Shown here piece by piece: positions 17,407 to 27,870 of a DNA stretch of 64,000 nt (its first letter is position 1; the number at the start of each line of letters is the position of its first letter). Origin of the DNA: an uncultured delta proteobacterium (lineage in GTDB: Bacteria > Desulfobacterota > RBG-13-43-22). Position numbers and translations under genes: made by a program. Location of the stretch: positions 128,001 through 192,000 of the forward strand of contig CAVQFQ010000017.1 of NCBI GenBank assembly GCA_963711835.1, read 5' to 3'. A model generated the notes under the pieces. That model was not told the origin of the DNA, did not search any database, and was given only the letters and a program-made list of their open reading frames with translations.

Positions 17407-18390
17407 ATGAAAAAGAAATTAATAATTCTTGTTATACTGGTGATCGCGGTGGGTATTGGCATTTATATTTATAAGAATCGCCGGACCCCGGAGTCGAATA
17501 GTATCCGGGTCTCAGGAAATATCGAGATTACCGATGTGGAGGCGAGCTTCAAGATACCGGGCCGGGTGGAGGAACGAATGGTCTCCGAAGGGGAAGCGGT
17601 TCAGGCCGGACAGGTGGTGGCCCGCATAGACAGCCAAGATCTGGCCCGGGAGACCGCCCAGCGCCGGGCCCAGGTGGCAGCCGCCCAGGCCGCCCTGGCT
17701 GAACTAAGAGCCGGCTCCCGTCCGGAAGAGATCGCCCAGGCCGAAGCGGTCCTGGAAAGGACTCGAGCCGATGGAGCCCGGGCCAGGCTGGAATTCGAGA
17801 GGCAGAAAAAACTCTACGAGAGGGAAGTCATTTCCACCCGGGAATTCGATCAGGCCAGGACGGCCTTTGATGCCGCAGAAGCCAGAAGCAGGGAAACCAG
17901 GGAATCTTTGGCCCTGGTTCGCCAGGGCCCCAGGAAGGAAAAAATTGATCAGGCCGGTGCGGCCTTGGACCAGGCCAGACAAGCCCTGGCCCTGGCCGAA
18001 ACCCGAATGGGCTATGCCACCCTTTACTCTCCAACTTCGGGCGTCGTCCTTTCCGAGAATGTTGAAGCAGGCGAGTTTGTTTCCCCCGGAACACCGGTCC
18101 TGACGATCGGCGACTTGAAGAGGGTCTTTCTAAGGGCCTACATCAACGAAACCGACTTGGGCCGGGTCAAAACAGGCCAGACCGTTCGCATCAGGACCGA
18201 TACCTTTCCCGGCAAAACCTACGAGGGCCGAATTTCTTTCATGGCTTCGCAGGCCGAATTTACCCCAAAAAACATCCAGACCCAGAAAGAACGGGTCAAG
18301 CTGGTTTATCGCATTAAGGTGGATATTCCCAATCCCAATCTGGAGCTTAAACCCGGCATGCCGGCCGATGGGGAAATACTGCTGAGATAA
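17407..18390 (+). CDS. HlyD/YbhG-type membrane fusion protein
   Basis: N-terminal TM, VSGNIEITDV..SFKIPGRV, coiled coil, AEFTPKNIQTQKERVKLVYRIK, LKPGMPAD. Confidence 0.92.
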   Translation: MKKKLIILVILVIAVGIGIYIYKNRRTPESNSIRVSGNIEITDVEASFKIPGRVEERMVSEGEAVQAGQVVARIDSQDLARETAQRRAQVAAAQAALAELRAGSRPEEIAQAEAVLERTRADGARARLEFERQKKLYEREVISTREFDQARTAFDAAEARSRETRESLALVRQGPRKEKIDQAGAALDQARQALALAETRMGYATLYSPTSGVVLSENVEAGEFVSPGTPVLTIGDLKRVFLRAYINETDLGRVKTGQTVRIRTDTFPGKTYEGRISFMASQAEFTPKNIQTQKERVKLVYRIKVDIPNPNLELKPGMPADGEILLR

Positions 18391-18465
18391 AAAACGATAC
18401 TGGATGCTGGATACTGGAAAACTGATGCCAGGTAATAGATGCCGGATACCGGAATCCTGTTCAAA

Positions 18466-18590
18466 AAATTCGAAATCCGAAACAAATTCAAATGATCAAA
18501 TTTAAAAATCGAAACGTTTTTGTTTTGATCATTTAGGTTTTGGACCTTCGTACTTGTTTCGGATTTCGTGCTTCGTATTTCGAATTTATA
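18466..18590. repeat. Heptad-periodic palindromic intergenic repeat (copy A)
   Basis: aaattcgaaatccgaaaca...tgtttcggatttcgtgcttcgtatttcgaattt; close copy at 40363-40471; preceded by (gatrctg)3 at 18396-18417. Confidence 0.8.
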
Positions 18591-18633
18591 GGTCCTCATG
18601 TTCAAAGGCTAACGAGATAAATTCTCAGATTAA

Positions 18634-19579
18634 ATGGATGCTATTCGAACTGAAAAGCTGTCGAAGACCTTCAACGGCCTGATGGCTGTTAATGAACTGT
18701 CCCTTTCGGTTTCCGAAGGGGAGATCTTCGGCCTGGTGGGGCCGGACGGGGCGGGCAAATCAACGACCATGAGGCTGTTGACTTCGATCCTGGATCCTAC
18801 CTCGGGTGAGGCCTGGGTGGCCGGTCTGCCTATCGTTAAAAAGGCTGAGGCCATAAAGGAAGCCATCGGTTACATGAGCCAGCGCTTCGGCCTCTACCCT
18901 GATCTGACGGTGATGGAGAACATTCAATTTTATGCCGATATCTATGGAGTGCCCCGAAAGGGCCGGGAAGAAAAGATCGACCGCCTGTTAGGTTTCAGCA
19001 ATCTGGCTCCTTTTAAAAAAAGGCAGGCCGGTAACCTCTCCGGAGGGATGAAGCAAAAATTGGGTCTGGCCTGTGCCCTGATCCATACCCCCCAGGTCCT
19101 GTTTCTGGATGAGCCCACCAACGGCGTTGATCCGGTTTCCCGCCGGGATTTCTGGCGCATCCTCTACCAACTGCTTAAGGAAAAAGTCACTATCTTCGTC
19201 TCGACCGCCTATTTGGATGAGGCTGAACGGTGCAACCGGATAGCCCTTATCCATAAAGGGAAGGTTTTAGCCTTGGGTACGCCTGAGGAAATAAAAAAAA
19301 TGATGCCGGGGACTATCCTGGAGATCCGGGCCAACCAACCCCGAAAGGCCACGGCCTTATTACGGGAACACTATAAGGCCGATTCGGTAGGCTTGTTCGG
19401 GGACCGGGTTCATCTGATTACCCAAGATCCGGAAAAAGATACCGAAGAGGTTTGAAAAAATAATTGCCGGGGCCGGCCTGCTCTGTCAGGGTGTCCGGAC
19501 CATCGCGCCTTCCCTCGAGGATGTTTTCATCTCCGTGGTCGCAGAAGACAAAGGGCAGCCAAGCCATGGGCCCCAATAA
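18634..19579 (+). CDS. ABC transporter ATP-binding subunit (YbhF N-half-like); frameshift near 19452
   Basis: GPDGAGKS, LSGGMKQKL, LFLDEPT; shifted frame ends IAPSLEDVFISVV...*. Confidence 0.9.
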
Positions 19580-20540
19580 CAACGGTCCGGCCGTGGTAGT
19601 TAAAGATCTGGAACGGCGCTTCGGCAATTTCGTTGCGGTAAACCGGGTCAGTTTTGAGGTGGAACGGGGAGAAATTTTCGGCTTCCTGGGCCCTAACGGG
19701 GCCGGTAAATCCACCACCATCCGTATGCTCTGCGGCATCCTGGCCCCCAGCGGCGGATCGGGGACCGTAGCCGGGTTTGACATTGTAAAAGAAGCGGAAA
19801 AGATCAAGGCCCATATCGGCTATATGAGCCAGAAATTTTCTCTTTATGAGGATCTCACGGTTGAAGAAAACATCAACTTTTACGGCGGCATTTATAATAT
19901 TCCCGAGGCCAAAAAAGAGGAAAGAAAAGAATGGGTCCTTCAGATGGCCGGCCTCAAAGAACATCGCCTGGCCCGCACGGCCCTGCTTTCCGGAGGCTGG
20001 AAGCAACGCCTGGCCCTGGGCTGCGCCATTCTCCATGAACCGCCCATTATTTTCCTGGATGAGCCCACCTCGGGGGTGGACCCCATCAGCCGCCGTCGGT
20101 TCTGGGACCTGATCTACGACCTCTCCGGGAAGGGGGTGACCGTTTTCGTCACCACGCATTATATGGATGAAGCCGAATACTGCGACCGCATCGGCCTGAT
20201 TTACCGGGGAGAGCTGATCGCCCTGGGGACCCCGGAAGTTCTCAAGACGGAATGGATGCAGGAGGAGGTCCTGGAATGTCTATGTGATCGGCCCCAGGAA
20301 GCCATGGACGTCATCGAAGCTATTCCAGAGGTGAAAGAAGTGGCCCTTTTCGGCACGGCTCTCCATATTGTCGTGGAGGATGCCGCTCTGGCCGCAGGCG
20401 CCATACAGAAGCGATTGACCGGGCAGGGATTTCTGGTAAGCCGGATAGAGAAAATTGTCCCTTCCCTGGAGGATGTTTTTGTTTCTCTGATCGAAGCCCG
20501 AGATCGGGCTGAACAGCCCCAGCAGGAGGTGCGCAGGTGA
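19566..20540 (+). CDS. ABC transporter ATP-binding subunit (YbhF C-half-like)
   Basis: GPNGAGKS, LSGGWKQRL, IFLDEPT, TTHYMDEAE, PSLEDVF. Confidence 0.92.
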   Translation: MGPNNNGPAVVVKDLERRFGNFVAVNRVSFEVERGEIFGFLGPNGAGKSTTIRMLCGILAPSGGSGTVAGFDIVKEAEKIKAHIGYMSQKFSLYEDLTVEENINFYGGIYNIPEAKKEERKEWVLQMAGLKEHRLARTALLSGGWKQRLALGCAILHEPPIIFLDEPTSGVDPISRRRFWDLIYDLSGKGVTVFVTTHYMDEAEYCDRIGLIYRGELIALGTPEVLKTEWMQEEVLECLCDRPQEAMDVIEAIPEVKEVALFGTALHIVVEDAALAAGAIQKRLTGQGFLVSRIEKIVPSLEDVFVSLIEARDRAEQPQQEVRR

Positions 20541-21670
20541 GGCTGATGCGCATCTGGGCCATGGCCCGCAAGGAATTCATCCACATCTTCCGAGATCCCA
20601 GAAGTCTTGGCATGGGCATCGCCATTCCGATGATCATGCTGATTCTTTTTGGATATGCCTTAACCCTGGATGTGGATAAAGTGCCGCTGGTCATCTGGGA
20701 CCAGAATCGTTCCCAAACCAGCCGCGAGTTTGTCAGTCATTTTTTAGGGTCTCGCTATTTTTCCCTCCAGGGCCATGTGGATAATTATCGGGAATTGGAA
20801 AGAGCCATTGATTCCCGCCGGGCCCTGCTTTCTCTGGTCATTCCTCCTGATTTTGCGGGAAGGATTTCCTCGGGACGGAAGGCCACGGTTCAATTAATTG
20901 CGGATGGCAGTGATTCCAATACCGCGACCATCGCCATCGGTTATGCCGAAGGGATTGTCGCGGCCTTCTCCCAGGATATTTTTCTCCGGGAATTCAGAAG
21001 GCAGGGAGGGGGCTCCTTTTCCAGACCCGTCGATTTGAGGCCCCGGGTCTGGTTCAATGCCGACCTGGAATCCAGGAATTATATTATTCCCGGCCTCATC
21101 GCCGTCATCATGATGGTCATCGCCGCCCTGCTGACCTCGCTCACCGTAGCCAGGGAGTGGGAGCAGGGGACCATGGAGCAGTTGATCTCGACCCCGGTCA
21201 AGGCTCCGGAGTTGATCATCGGGAAACTGATCCCTTATTTTTCCATCGGGATGTTTGATGTGCTCCTGGCGGTTTTGATGGGGGAGTTTCTCTTCCAGGT
21301 TCCTTTGCGGGGCAACGCGGCCCTGATCTTCGGCCAGGCGGCTATTTTCCTGGTCGGCACCCTGTCTTTGGGTATGCTCATCAGTATTGTCACCAGAAAC
21401 CAGTTGCTGGCCAGCCAGCTGGCCCTGGTCCTGACCTTTCTGCCGGCCTTTCTGCTCTCCGGCTTCGCCTATCCTATCCGGAGTATGCCCCTGGCCCTTC
21501 AATACATTACCTATCTCATCCCGGCCAAGTATTTTGTGACCCTCCTGAAAGGCATCTACTTAAAAGGGGTCGGCCCCAAGGTATTGTTTGTGGAAGGCAT
21601 CTTCCTGGCTATTTTCGGTCTGGTCATGTTTGCCCTGGCCAATAAAAAATTTAAAAAGAAGTTGATCTGA
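20537..21670 (+). CDS. ABC-2 permease (YbhS-like)
   Basis: ARKEFIHIFRDPR, DGSDSNTA, AREWEQGTMEQL. Confidence 0.92.
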   Translation: MRLMRIWAMARKEFIHIFRDPRSLGMGIAIPMIMLILFGYALTLDVDKVPLVIWDQNRSQTSREFVSHFLGSRYFSLQGHVDNYRELERAIDSRRALLSLVIPPDFAGRISSGRKATVQLIADGSDSNTATIAIGYAEGIVAAFSQDIFLREFRRQGGGSFSRPVDLRPRVWFNADLESRNYIIPGLIAVIMMVIAALLTSLTVAREWEQGTMEQLISTPVKAPELIIGKLIPYFSIGMFDVLLAVLMGEFLFQVPLRGNAALIFGQAAIFLVGTLSLGMLISIVTRNQLLASQLALVLTFLPAFLLSGFAYPIRSMPLALQYITYLIPAKYFVTLLKGIYLKGVGPKVLFVEGIFLAIFGLVMFALANKKFKKKLI

Positions 21671-21672
21671 TC

Positions 21673-22803
21673 ATGCTGGAACGCCTCAAGCAGATATTGA
21701 TCAAGGAATTCATCCAGATCCTTCGGGATCCCCGAGTCAGGGGCGTGGTTTTTGCCATGCCGGTTATTCAAATGGTCCTCTTCGGGTATGCGGTGACCAC
21801 CGATGTCAAGCATGTGGCCACGGCCGTTTATGACCTGGACCAGAGCGTTGCCAGCCGGGAGATCGTGGCCCGTTTTGTCCGATCGGGGTATTTCGACATT
21901 GTTTCCCATGTGACCCGGGAAGAAGAGGTGCAGGCTCTGCTGGACCGCGGACAGGTCCAGGCCCTGCTGCGCCTGAACAAAGGACTGGAAGAAAACCTGA
22001 AAGGCGGGAGGCCGGCGGCCATCCAGCTTATCGTGGATGGGACCGATTCCAATACCGCCGCTATTGTCTTAAATTATAGCGGCAAAATTGCGGCCGAATA
22101 TTCTCAGGAAATTTTAATAGACCGTTGGGCTCGCCTGCGTGGCCTTAATCAGAAACCGGGGCGGGTGGAGTTGGAGTCCCGAGCCTGGTTTAATGAAAAC
22201 CTGGAGAGTCGAAATTTTTATGTGCCCGGCGTCATCGCTTTGCTGGTCATGCTCATCACCCTGATGTTAACCAGCATGGCCGTGGTCCGGGAAAAGGAGA
22301 TCGGGACCATGGAGCAGATCATGGTCACTCCCATTACTCCGAAGGAATTTATTTTAGGGAAGACCATTCCTTTCGCCCTGATCAGTTTCATTGATGTGAT
22401 CTTGATCACCCTCGTGGGGGTATTCTGGTTCGAGGTCCCTATCCGGGGAAGTCTGTTGTTGCTCCTCTTGGCCACCGGGCTTTATGTCATGACCACCCTG
22501 GCGGTAGGACTTTTCATTTCCACGGTCAGCCGCACCCAGCAGCAGGCCATGATGAGCGCCTTCTTTTTTAACTTTCCGGCCGTGCTGCTCTCGGGATTCG
22601 TCTTCCCCATCGCCAATATGCCCGAAGTGATCCAGTGGCTCACCTACCTCAATCCCCTGCGGTATTTCCTGATCATCATTCGCGGGGTTTTCCTTAAAGG
22701 GGTGGGATTCATGATTCTCTGGCCGCACATGGCGGCCCTGACGGTAATGGGCCTGCTGACCTTGTGGCTGGCCTCGCGAAGGTTTCAAAAAACCATGACC
22801 TAA
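21673..22803 (+). CDS. ABC-2 permease (YbhR-like)
   Basis: IKEFIQILRDPR, VREKEIGTMEQ, LSGFVFPIANMP. Confidence 0.92.
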   Translation: MLERLKQILIKEFIQILRDPRVRGVVFAMPVIQMVLFGYAVTTDVKHVATAVYDLDQSVASREIVARFVRSGYFDIVSHVTREEEVQALLDRGQVQALLRLNKGLEENLKGGRPAAIQLIVDGTDSNTAAIVLNYSGKIAAEYSQEILIDRWARLRGLNQKPGRVELESRAWFNENLESRNFYVPGVIALLVMLITLMLTSMAVVREKEIGTMEQIMVTPITPKEFILGKTIPFALISFIDVILITLVGVFWFEVPIRGSLLLLLLATGLYVMTTLAVGLFISTVSRTQQQAMMSAFFFNFPAVLLSGFVFPIANMPEVIQWLTYLNPLRYFLIIIRGVFLKGVGFMILWPHMAALTVMGLLTLWLASRRFQKTMT

Positions 22804-22931
22804 CAGGTTGATGAAAAACGCCCATCTGCTGTGTTGCCCTCGTCCCTCGTCATACCGGCGTACTTATATGTACGCCTCATTCCTCGGAAGTTCGGGCGCC
22901 TTGCATCTGAGCATTTTTGATCAACCTGTTA
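22801..22931. mobile_element. MITE-like element with IS5/IS1182-type ends
   Basis: taacaggttgatgaaaaacgc ... gcatttttgatcaacctgtta terminal IR, flanked by CTAA/TTAA; internal ggcgtac-N-gtacgcc hairpin; no ORF. Confidence 0.7.
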
Positions 22932-22970
22932 ACTCAGGTTTGGATTAAATCACCAAATATGGAGGCGGGT

Positions 22971-24324
22971 ATGAAAGCCTTTTTGAGAAAAATGAGTTTT
23001 GGGCTGGTGGGGACGGTTTGGTCCATCGCTTTATGGAGCGGTCCGGGTTGGGCTCAGTCCAACCAGCCACCCCTTCCCCATAGACCTTTATCGCTTAACG
23101 GATTGTGTCCACTTGGCTCTGGAGCAAAACCCTCTGCAGCGGGCCGCCATCATGGGGTTTGCGGCCGCCAAAGAGGCGGTCGGAGAGGCCAAGGCCCCCT
23201 ATTATCCTGAGCTGGGGCTGCAGGCCGGATATCGCCGCTGGCAGACCCATGCCTTTCTGCCCGGTTATATCCGCATCCCCCCCGGCTCGCCGACGGTCCT
23301 GGGACCTACCGACGACTGGCTGGCCGGCATCCGTTCCCGCTATACCCTGTTTGACAGCGGCGAGCGGCGGGCCCAACTGGATACGGTTCTGGCCAGGCAG
23401 GGGGTGGCCGAAGAGGAGAAAGCCCGAGTCACCCAGGATATTATTCTTCTGGTTCACCAGGGTTTCTATGGGGTTTTGGCCGCCCGGGAGACCCGGCAAG
23501 TGGCCGAGAAAAATCTGGAGCGGGCCAAGGACCACCTGCGTTTAACCAGGGAGCGCAAGGCCGCCGGGGCCGTTCCCCTGGCCGATGTCCTTCGGGCCCA
23601 GGTGGAGATGTCCAATGCCGAGCTGGGCCTGGTCCGGGCGGAAAACCTGATCCGGGTTTCCAAAGGCAATCTAAACACCGCCATGGGCCTGCCGGTGGAA
23701 ACAAACCTGGAGGTGGAGGTCCGGAAAGGGGAGGTCATTTCACCTGAAAAGACGGATCTTGATCAGGCTATGGACGAGGCCGGGCGAAACCGACCGGAGG
23801 TCCGGGCGGTGGTTCAACGGATCAAGGCCTCCCAGGGATCGGTGGCCCTGGCCAAGAGCGCCTTCGGTCCGAAATTAAAGGCCGAGGGGAGTTACGGCTG
23901 GCGGGATTCTGAATTCCGGCCCGAGGATGAGGATTGGGCCGTCGGCCTGACCATCGAATGGCCGCTTTTTACCGGATTTTTTCGAAAGCACCGTTTGGAC
24001 CGGTTCAAGGCCGAGCTTTTCAAAGAGGAGGCCGAGGCAAAACACCTGTTGCACAAAGTCCGGCAGGAGGTCTGGACCGCCCATTCCCGTTTTCGGGAAG
24101 CCTTTGAGGCGATTCAGGCCAGCATCCCCCTGGTTGCCAATGCCGAGGAAAGCCTGCGCATGTCTAAAGAGCGCTACGAAGTGGGGGCCGGGACGGTTAC
24201 GGATTTACTCGATGCCCAAACCGCTCTGGCCCGGGCCCAGGCCTCCCGGGTGGAAGCGGAATGGGATTATTTTATCGCCCTGGCCCAGTTTCAACGGGCC
24301 GTCGGCCGTTTGGGGATTGAATAA
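22971..24324 (+). CDS. TolC-family outer membrane efflux protein; frameshift near 23095
   Basis: GGAGG + ATG 22971, signal peptide; ALEQNP, YYPELGL, ERYEVGAGTVTDLLDAQ. Confidence 0.9.
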
Positions 24325-24394
24325 AAAATTATTTACTTTTTAATGAAGAAAGTGTATATAACTTAGTTTATTTCACAACTTTTAGTCGGGAGGG

Positions 24395-24646
24395 ATGCCG
24401 ATGGCCAGGGTTACCGTTGAAGACTGTTTGGAAAAAATACCCAACCGCTTTGCCTTAATTCATTTGGCTTTTCAAAGGGTTAAAATGGTTAGAGCCGGGG
24501 ATCCGCCCCGGGTGCAATCTAAGAACAAAGAGGTGGTCCAGGCCTTACGGGAGATTGCGGCCGGGAAAGTTACCCTGCCCCCGGGTCTTGACCTGGCCTT
24601 TCTGAAGGATGAGGGCGCAGAGATTGGGAAAGCCATCCCCGCTTAG
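24395..24646 (+). CDS. rpoZ: RNA polymerase omega subunit
   Basis: [20 protein letters not shown]...[16 protein letters not shown]. Confidence 0.95.
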   Translation: MPMARVTVEDCLEKIPNRFALIHLAFQRVKMVRAGDPPRVQSKNKEVVQALREIAAGKVTLPPGLDLAFLKDEGAEIGKAIPA

Positions 24647-25199
24647 GAAAAAAACTTCCCGACCCCCCTCCCTGGCCGAAGCCTGGACCCATCTGGACCC
24701 CCAGGGAAAAGCCCGCATGGTGGACGTTACTTTAAAAAAAATCACCCGGCGGGAGGCCTGGGCCACCGGGTCGATTCGGCTGAGAGCGGAAACCTTGGAG
24801 GGAATTCAAAAAAACGAAATAAAGAAAGGGGATGTCCTGAACGTGGCCAGAGTGGCGGCCATCTTGGCGGCCAAAAAGACCTCTGAACTCATTCCCTTGT
24901 GTCACCCCTTAAAGATCACCGAGGTGGAGATCAGCTTTTCTCTGGAAAAGGATCCCCCCCGGATATGCCTCCTAAGCAGGGTGCAGGCGGCCGACCGGAC
25001 CGGTGTGGAGATGGAGGCCCTGACCGCAGTGGCCGCAGCGGCTTTGACCATTTACGATATGTGCAAGGCCATAGACCGGGAGATGCTGATCACCGATATC
25101 GGTTTATTAAAGAAAACCGGGGGTAAAAGCGGGACGTATCTCAGGAAAGGTTCCATCCCTCCTGAAAAGGGTGGAGAGCATTTAGGAGAGAGGCCATGA
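24609..25199 (+). CDS. moaC: Cyclic pyranopterin monophosphate synthase
   Basis: [45 protein letters not shown]; start uncertain. Confidence 0.95.
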   Translation: MRAQRLGKPSPLRKKTSRPPSLAEAWTHLDPQGKARMVDVTLKKITRREAWATGSIRLRAETLEGIQKNEIKKGDVLNVARVAAILAAKKTSELIPLCHPLKITEVEISFSLEKDPPRICLLSRVQAADRTGVEMEALTAVAAAALTIYDMCKAIDREMLITDIGLLKKTGGKSGTYLRKGSIPPEKGGEHLGERP

Positions 25200-25558
25200 A
25201 TGCCAAAAAGATAGCCTATTTTAAAAAACTTTTAAATGAGCAGAGGCGGTCTTTGATTTTAGAGGCGCAAAAGACCGTCAGTGGTATGACGGATTTCAAA
25301 GAAACCTTTCCGGATCCGACCGACCGGGCTACGCTGGAATCGGATCGCAATTTTATGCTTAGGATTCGGGGGCGAGAAAGGAGACTCCTCCTGAAGATAG
25401 AGGAAGCCCTGGAACGAATTGAAGACGGCAGTTTCGGGAGCTGTGAAAAATGCGGGGAGGATATCTCGGAAGAACGCTTAAAGGCCCGCCCGGTCACCAC
25501 CCACTGCATTGAGTGTAAAAAAAAGGAAGAGGCCTTGGAAAAAGCCAGAGGGGATTAG
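25196..25558 (+). CDS. dksA: RNA polymerase-binding protein DksA
   Basis: DPTDRA, CEKCGEDI..RLKARP...CIEC. Confidence 0.95.
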   Translation: MNAKKIAYFKKLLNEQRRSLILEAQKTVSGMTDFKETFPDPTDRATLESDRNFMLRIRGRERRLLLKIEEALERIEDGSFGSCEKCGEDISEERLKARPVTTHCIECKKKEEALEKARGD

Positions 25559-25631
25559 AAGGATCTCATCCCCCAAACACCCTCCAGCCTGGCCGTTCCT
25601 TACCTCCGAGCCGGTGCAGGGCCTTTAAGAC

Positions 25632-27029
25632 ATGTTTAAAAAGAGACTCCAATTATTTCAATCCCTTCTTGTTTTGAATGATGCCTTAACCCTTACGGCC
25701 TGCTGGATTGGAGCCTACTATCTCCGTTTTTTCACCTCCCTGGTCCCTGTTACCAAAGGCGTTCCCTTACTGGAAGACTATCTCTCCCTGCTTTTATTTG
25801 TCCTGGTTATTTGGATCGGGACCTTTCATTTAAACGGCCTTTACCACCGTTTTTATAGCCGCCGGAAAGAAATCTGGACCTTATTTAAAGCCACCTTCGT
25901 GGCCTTAATGATTCTGGTCTTTATTACCTTTTTCTTTAAGAGAACCGAATTTTCACGGCTGGTTTTCCTTTATTTCGGCCTCATAAGTTTTCTGGTCATC
26001 GCCCTGGGCCGTACCTTTTTAAAGGGCTATTTCATCTCTCTCCAGAGAAGACACCTTAGCCTGGATCGGGTCTTGATTGTTGGGACCCGGGAATTGGCTC
26101 AGAAGGTGGCCGAGACCATCCAGGTCCATCCGGAATTAGGGCTGACGGTCATCGGCCTGTTAAGCCGGGGGGCCCAAAAAACCGGAACCAGGGTCCAGGG
26201 GATTGAGGTCTTGGGCCTTTATGAAGATATCGACCGGGTGATCCGCGATCACCAGGTCAACCTGGTTATTTTTGCCATGTCGTTGACGGCCCAGCCGAAA
26301 TTGGAAGACCTTCTAAGCCGGATCCGAGATGAAATGGTCGATATAAAAATAGTCCCTGATGTCTACCGGTTTATCAGTTTGCGGGGAGGGGTTGAGGAAT
26401 TTGAAGGCCTGCCTTTTATCAACCTTCGGGAATCCCCTATGGTAGGGCTGAATCGGGTTCTAAAAAGAACGGTGGATATCGTTTTGGCCGCCCTGGGTTT
26501 GATCTTCTTTTTCCCTCTCTTCATTCTAATCGCCCTGGCCGTTAAGCTGTCCTCGCCCGGTCCGGTTTTTTATCGGCAGGTCCGGATGGGTCTGGATGGA
26601 CGTATTTTTGAAATGTTGAAATTCCGCTCCATGGTGGTTCAGGCCGAAGAAGGGACCGGACCGGTCTGGGCCCAGAAGGGAGATTCCAGGCGGACCGGGG
26701 TCGGCCGAACGATCCGCCGCCTGAGTCTGGATGAATTGCCGCAATTATTGAATGTCCTCAGGGGAGAGATGAGCCTGGTCGGGCCCCGCCCCGAACGGCC
26801 GGAACTGATCGATCGCTTCAAGGCCAAAATCCCCAACTACATGCTGCGACACAAGATGAAGGCCGGCATGACCGGCTGGGCCCAAATTCATGGCTGGCGG
26901 GGCAATACCTCTCTCGAAAAACGTATTGAATTTGATCTCTATTATATTGAAAACTGGTCGATGTTCCTGGATTACAAGATCCTCCTCAAAACCCTCTGGA
27001 AAGGGGTATTCAGCCGGGAGGCCTATTAA
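25632..27029 (+). CDS. Undecaprenyl-phosphate glucose phosphotransferase (WcaJ/WbaP-like)
   Basis: N-terminal TMs, KRTVDI, KFRSM, SLDELPQL.NVL.GEMSLVGPRPE, GMTGWAQ. Confidence 0.93.
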   Translation: MFKKRLQLFQSLLVLNDALTLTACWIGAYYLRFFTSLVPVTKGVPLLEDYLSLLLFVLVIWIGTFHLNGLYHRFYSRRKEIWTLFKATFVALMILVFITFFFKRTEFSRLVFLYFGLISFLVIALGRTFLKGYFISLQRRHLSLDRVLIVGTRELAQKVAETIQVHPELGLTVIGLLSRGAQKTGTRVQGIEVLGLYEDIDRVIRDHQVNLVIFAMSLTAQPKLEDLLSRIRDEMVDIKIVPDVYRFISLRGGVEEFEGLPFINLRESPMVGLNRVLKRTVDIVLAALGLIFFFPLFILIALAVKLSSPGPVFYRQVRMGLDGRIFEMLKFRSMVVQAEEGTGPVWAQKGDSRRTGVGRTIRRLSLDELPQLLNVLRGEMSLVGPRPERPELIDRFKAKIPNYMLRHKMKAGMTGWAQIHGWRGNTSLEKRIEFDLYYIENWSMFLDYKILLKTLWKGVFSREAY

Positions 27030-27075
27030 TGAGCTGACCGCTCATGGCTCGCAGCTGACAGCAGATGAAACCGTT

Positions 27076-27864
27076 ATGGTTAAACTGATTTGGCAACATA
27101 TTGAGGAACTGCTTCGTTACCGCAGTCTGATCGGGAGCCTGGTAACCCGGGAATTAAAGGCCCGTTACCGGGGGTCCCTGCTCGGTTTTCTCTGGACCTT
27201 TCTCAATCCCCTTTTGCTCCTGGGGGTCTATGCCCTGGTTTTCAATGTGTATCTCAGAATCCAGATGGAACATTATGCCGGATTCATGTTTGTCGGACTC
27301 TTGCCCTGGATCTGGTTTGCCTCCGCCCTGCAGGAAGGTTCGATCTCCATAACGGCCGGGGGCAGTCTGGTGACCAAGGTCCTCTTCCCCAGCCAGGTTC
27401 TTCCCGTGGTTAAAATTTTTTCCAATCTCTTAAATTATCTTTTAAGTCTGCCCATCCTCTTTATCTTTCTTTGGGTCATGGGGGTCTTTCAGGGCTGGAC
27501 CCTGCTTTGGCTGCCTTTGATCATCGTGATCCATCTGCTTTTTATAACCGGCCTGGTCACCATGGTTGCCACCATCAATGTTTTTTTCAGGGATATCCAG
27601 TACATCCTGGCCAATCTATTGACCCTCTGGTTTTTTCTAACCCCGATTCTGTATCCCCTTTCCCAGGTTCCCGGGCCTTTTCAAAAATGGGTCCTGCTGA
27701 ATCCCACGACCCTGATCACCCTGGCCTATCAGGATATTTTTTTTTACCGCCGGGTCCCGAATCTCTGGTATCTTCTTAGCCTCTTTATCCTTTCTCTCGT
27801 GCTGCTGGGGATAGGCATCATCCTTTTTGAATCCTATAAGGACACCTTCGCTGAGAAAATCTAA
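27076..27864 (+). CDS. wzm: Polysaccharide ABC transporter permease
   Basis: RELKARYRGSLLGFLWTFLNPL, FFRDIQY, FFLTPILYP; start inferred. Confidence 0.9.
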   Translation: MVKLIWQHIEELLRYRSLIGSLVTRELKARYRGSLLGFLWTFLNPLLLLGVYALVFNVYLRIQMEHYAGFMFVGLLPWIWFASALQEGSISITAGGSLVTKVLFPSQVLPVVKIFSNLLNYLLSLPILFIFLWVMGVFQGWTLLWLPLIIVIHLLFITGLVTMVATINVFFRDIQYILANLLTLWFFLTPILYPLSQVPGPFQKWVLLNPTTLITLAYQDIFFYRRVPNLWYLLSLFILSLVLLGIGIILFESYKDTFAEKI

Positions 27865-27870
27865 TCACCC

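Noticed and set aside
18396-18590. CRISPR array
   Set aside because: These are short degenerate tandem units without unique spacers, and there are no cas genes. No array was seen anywhere in the window.
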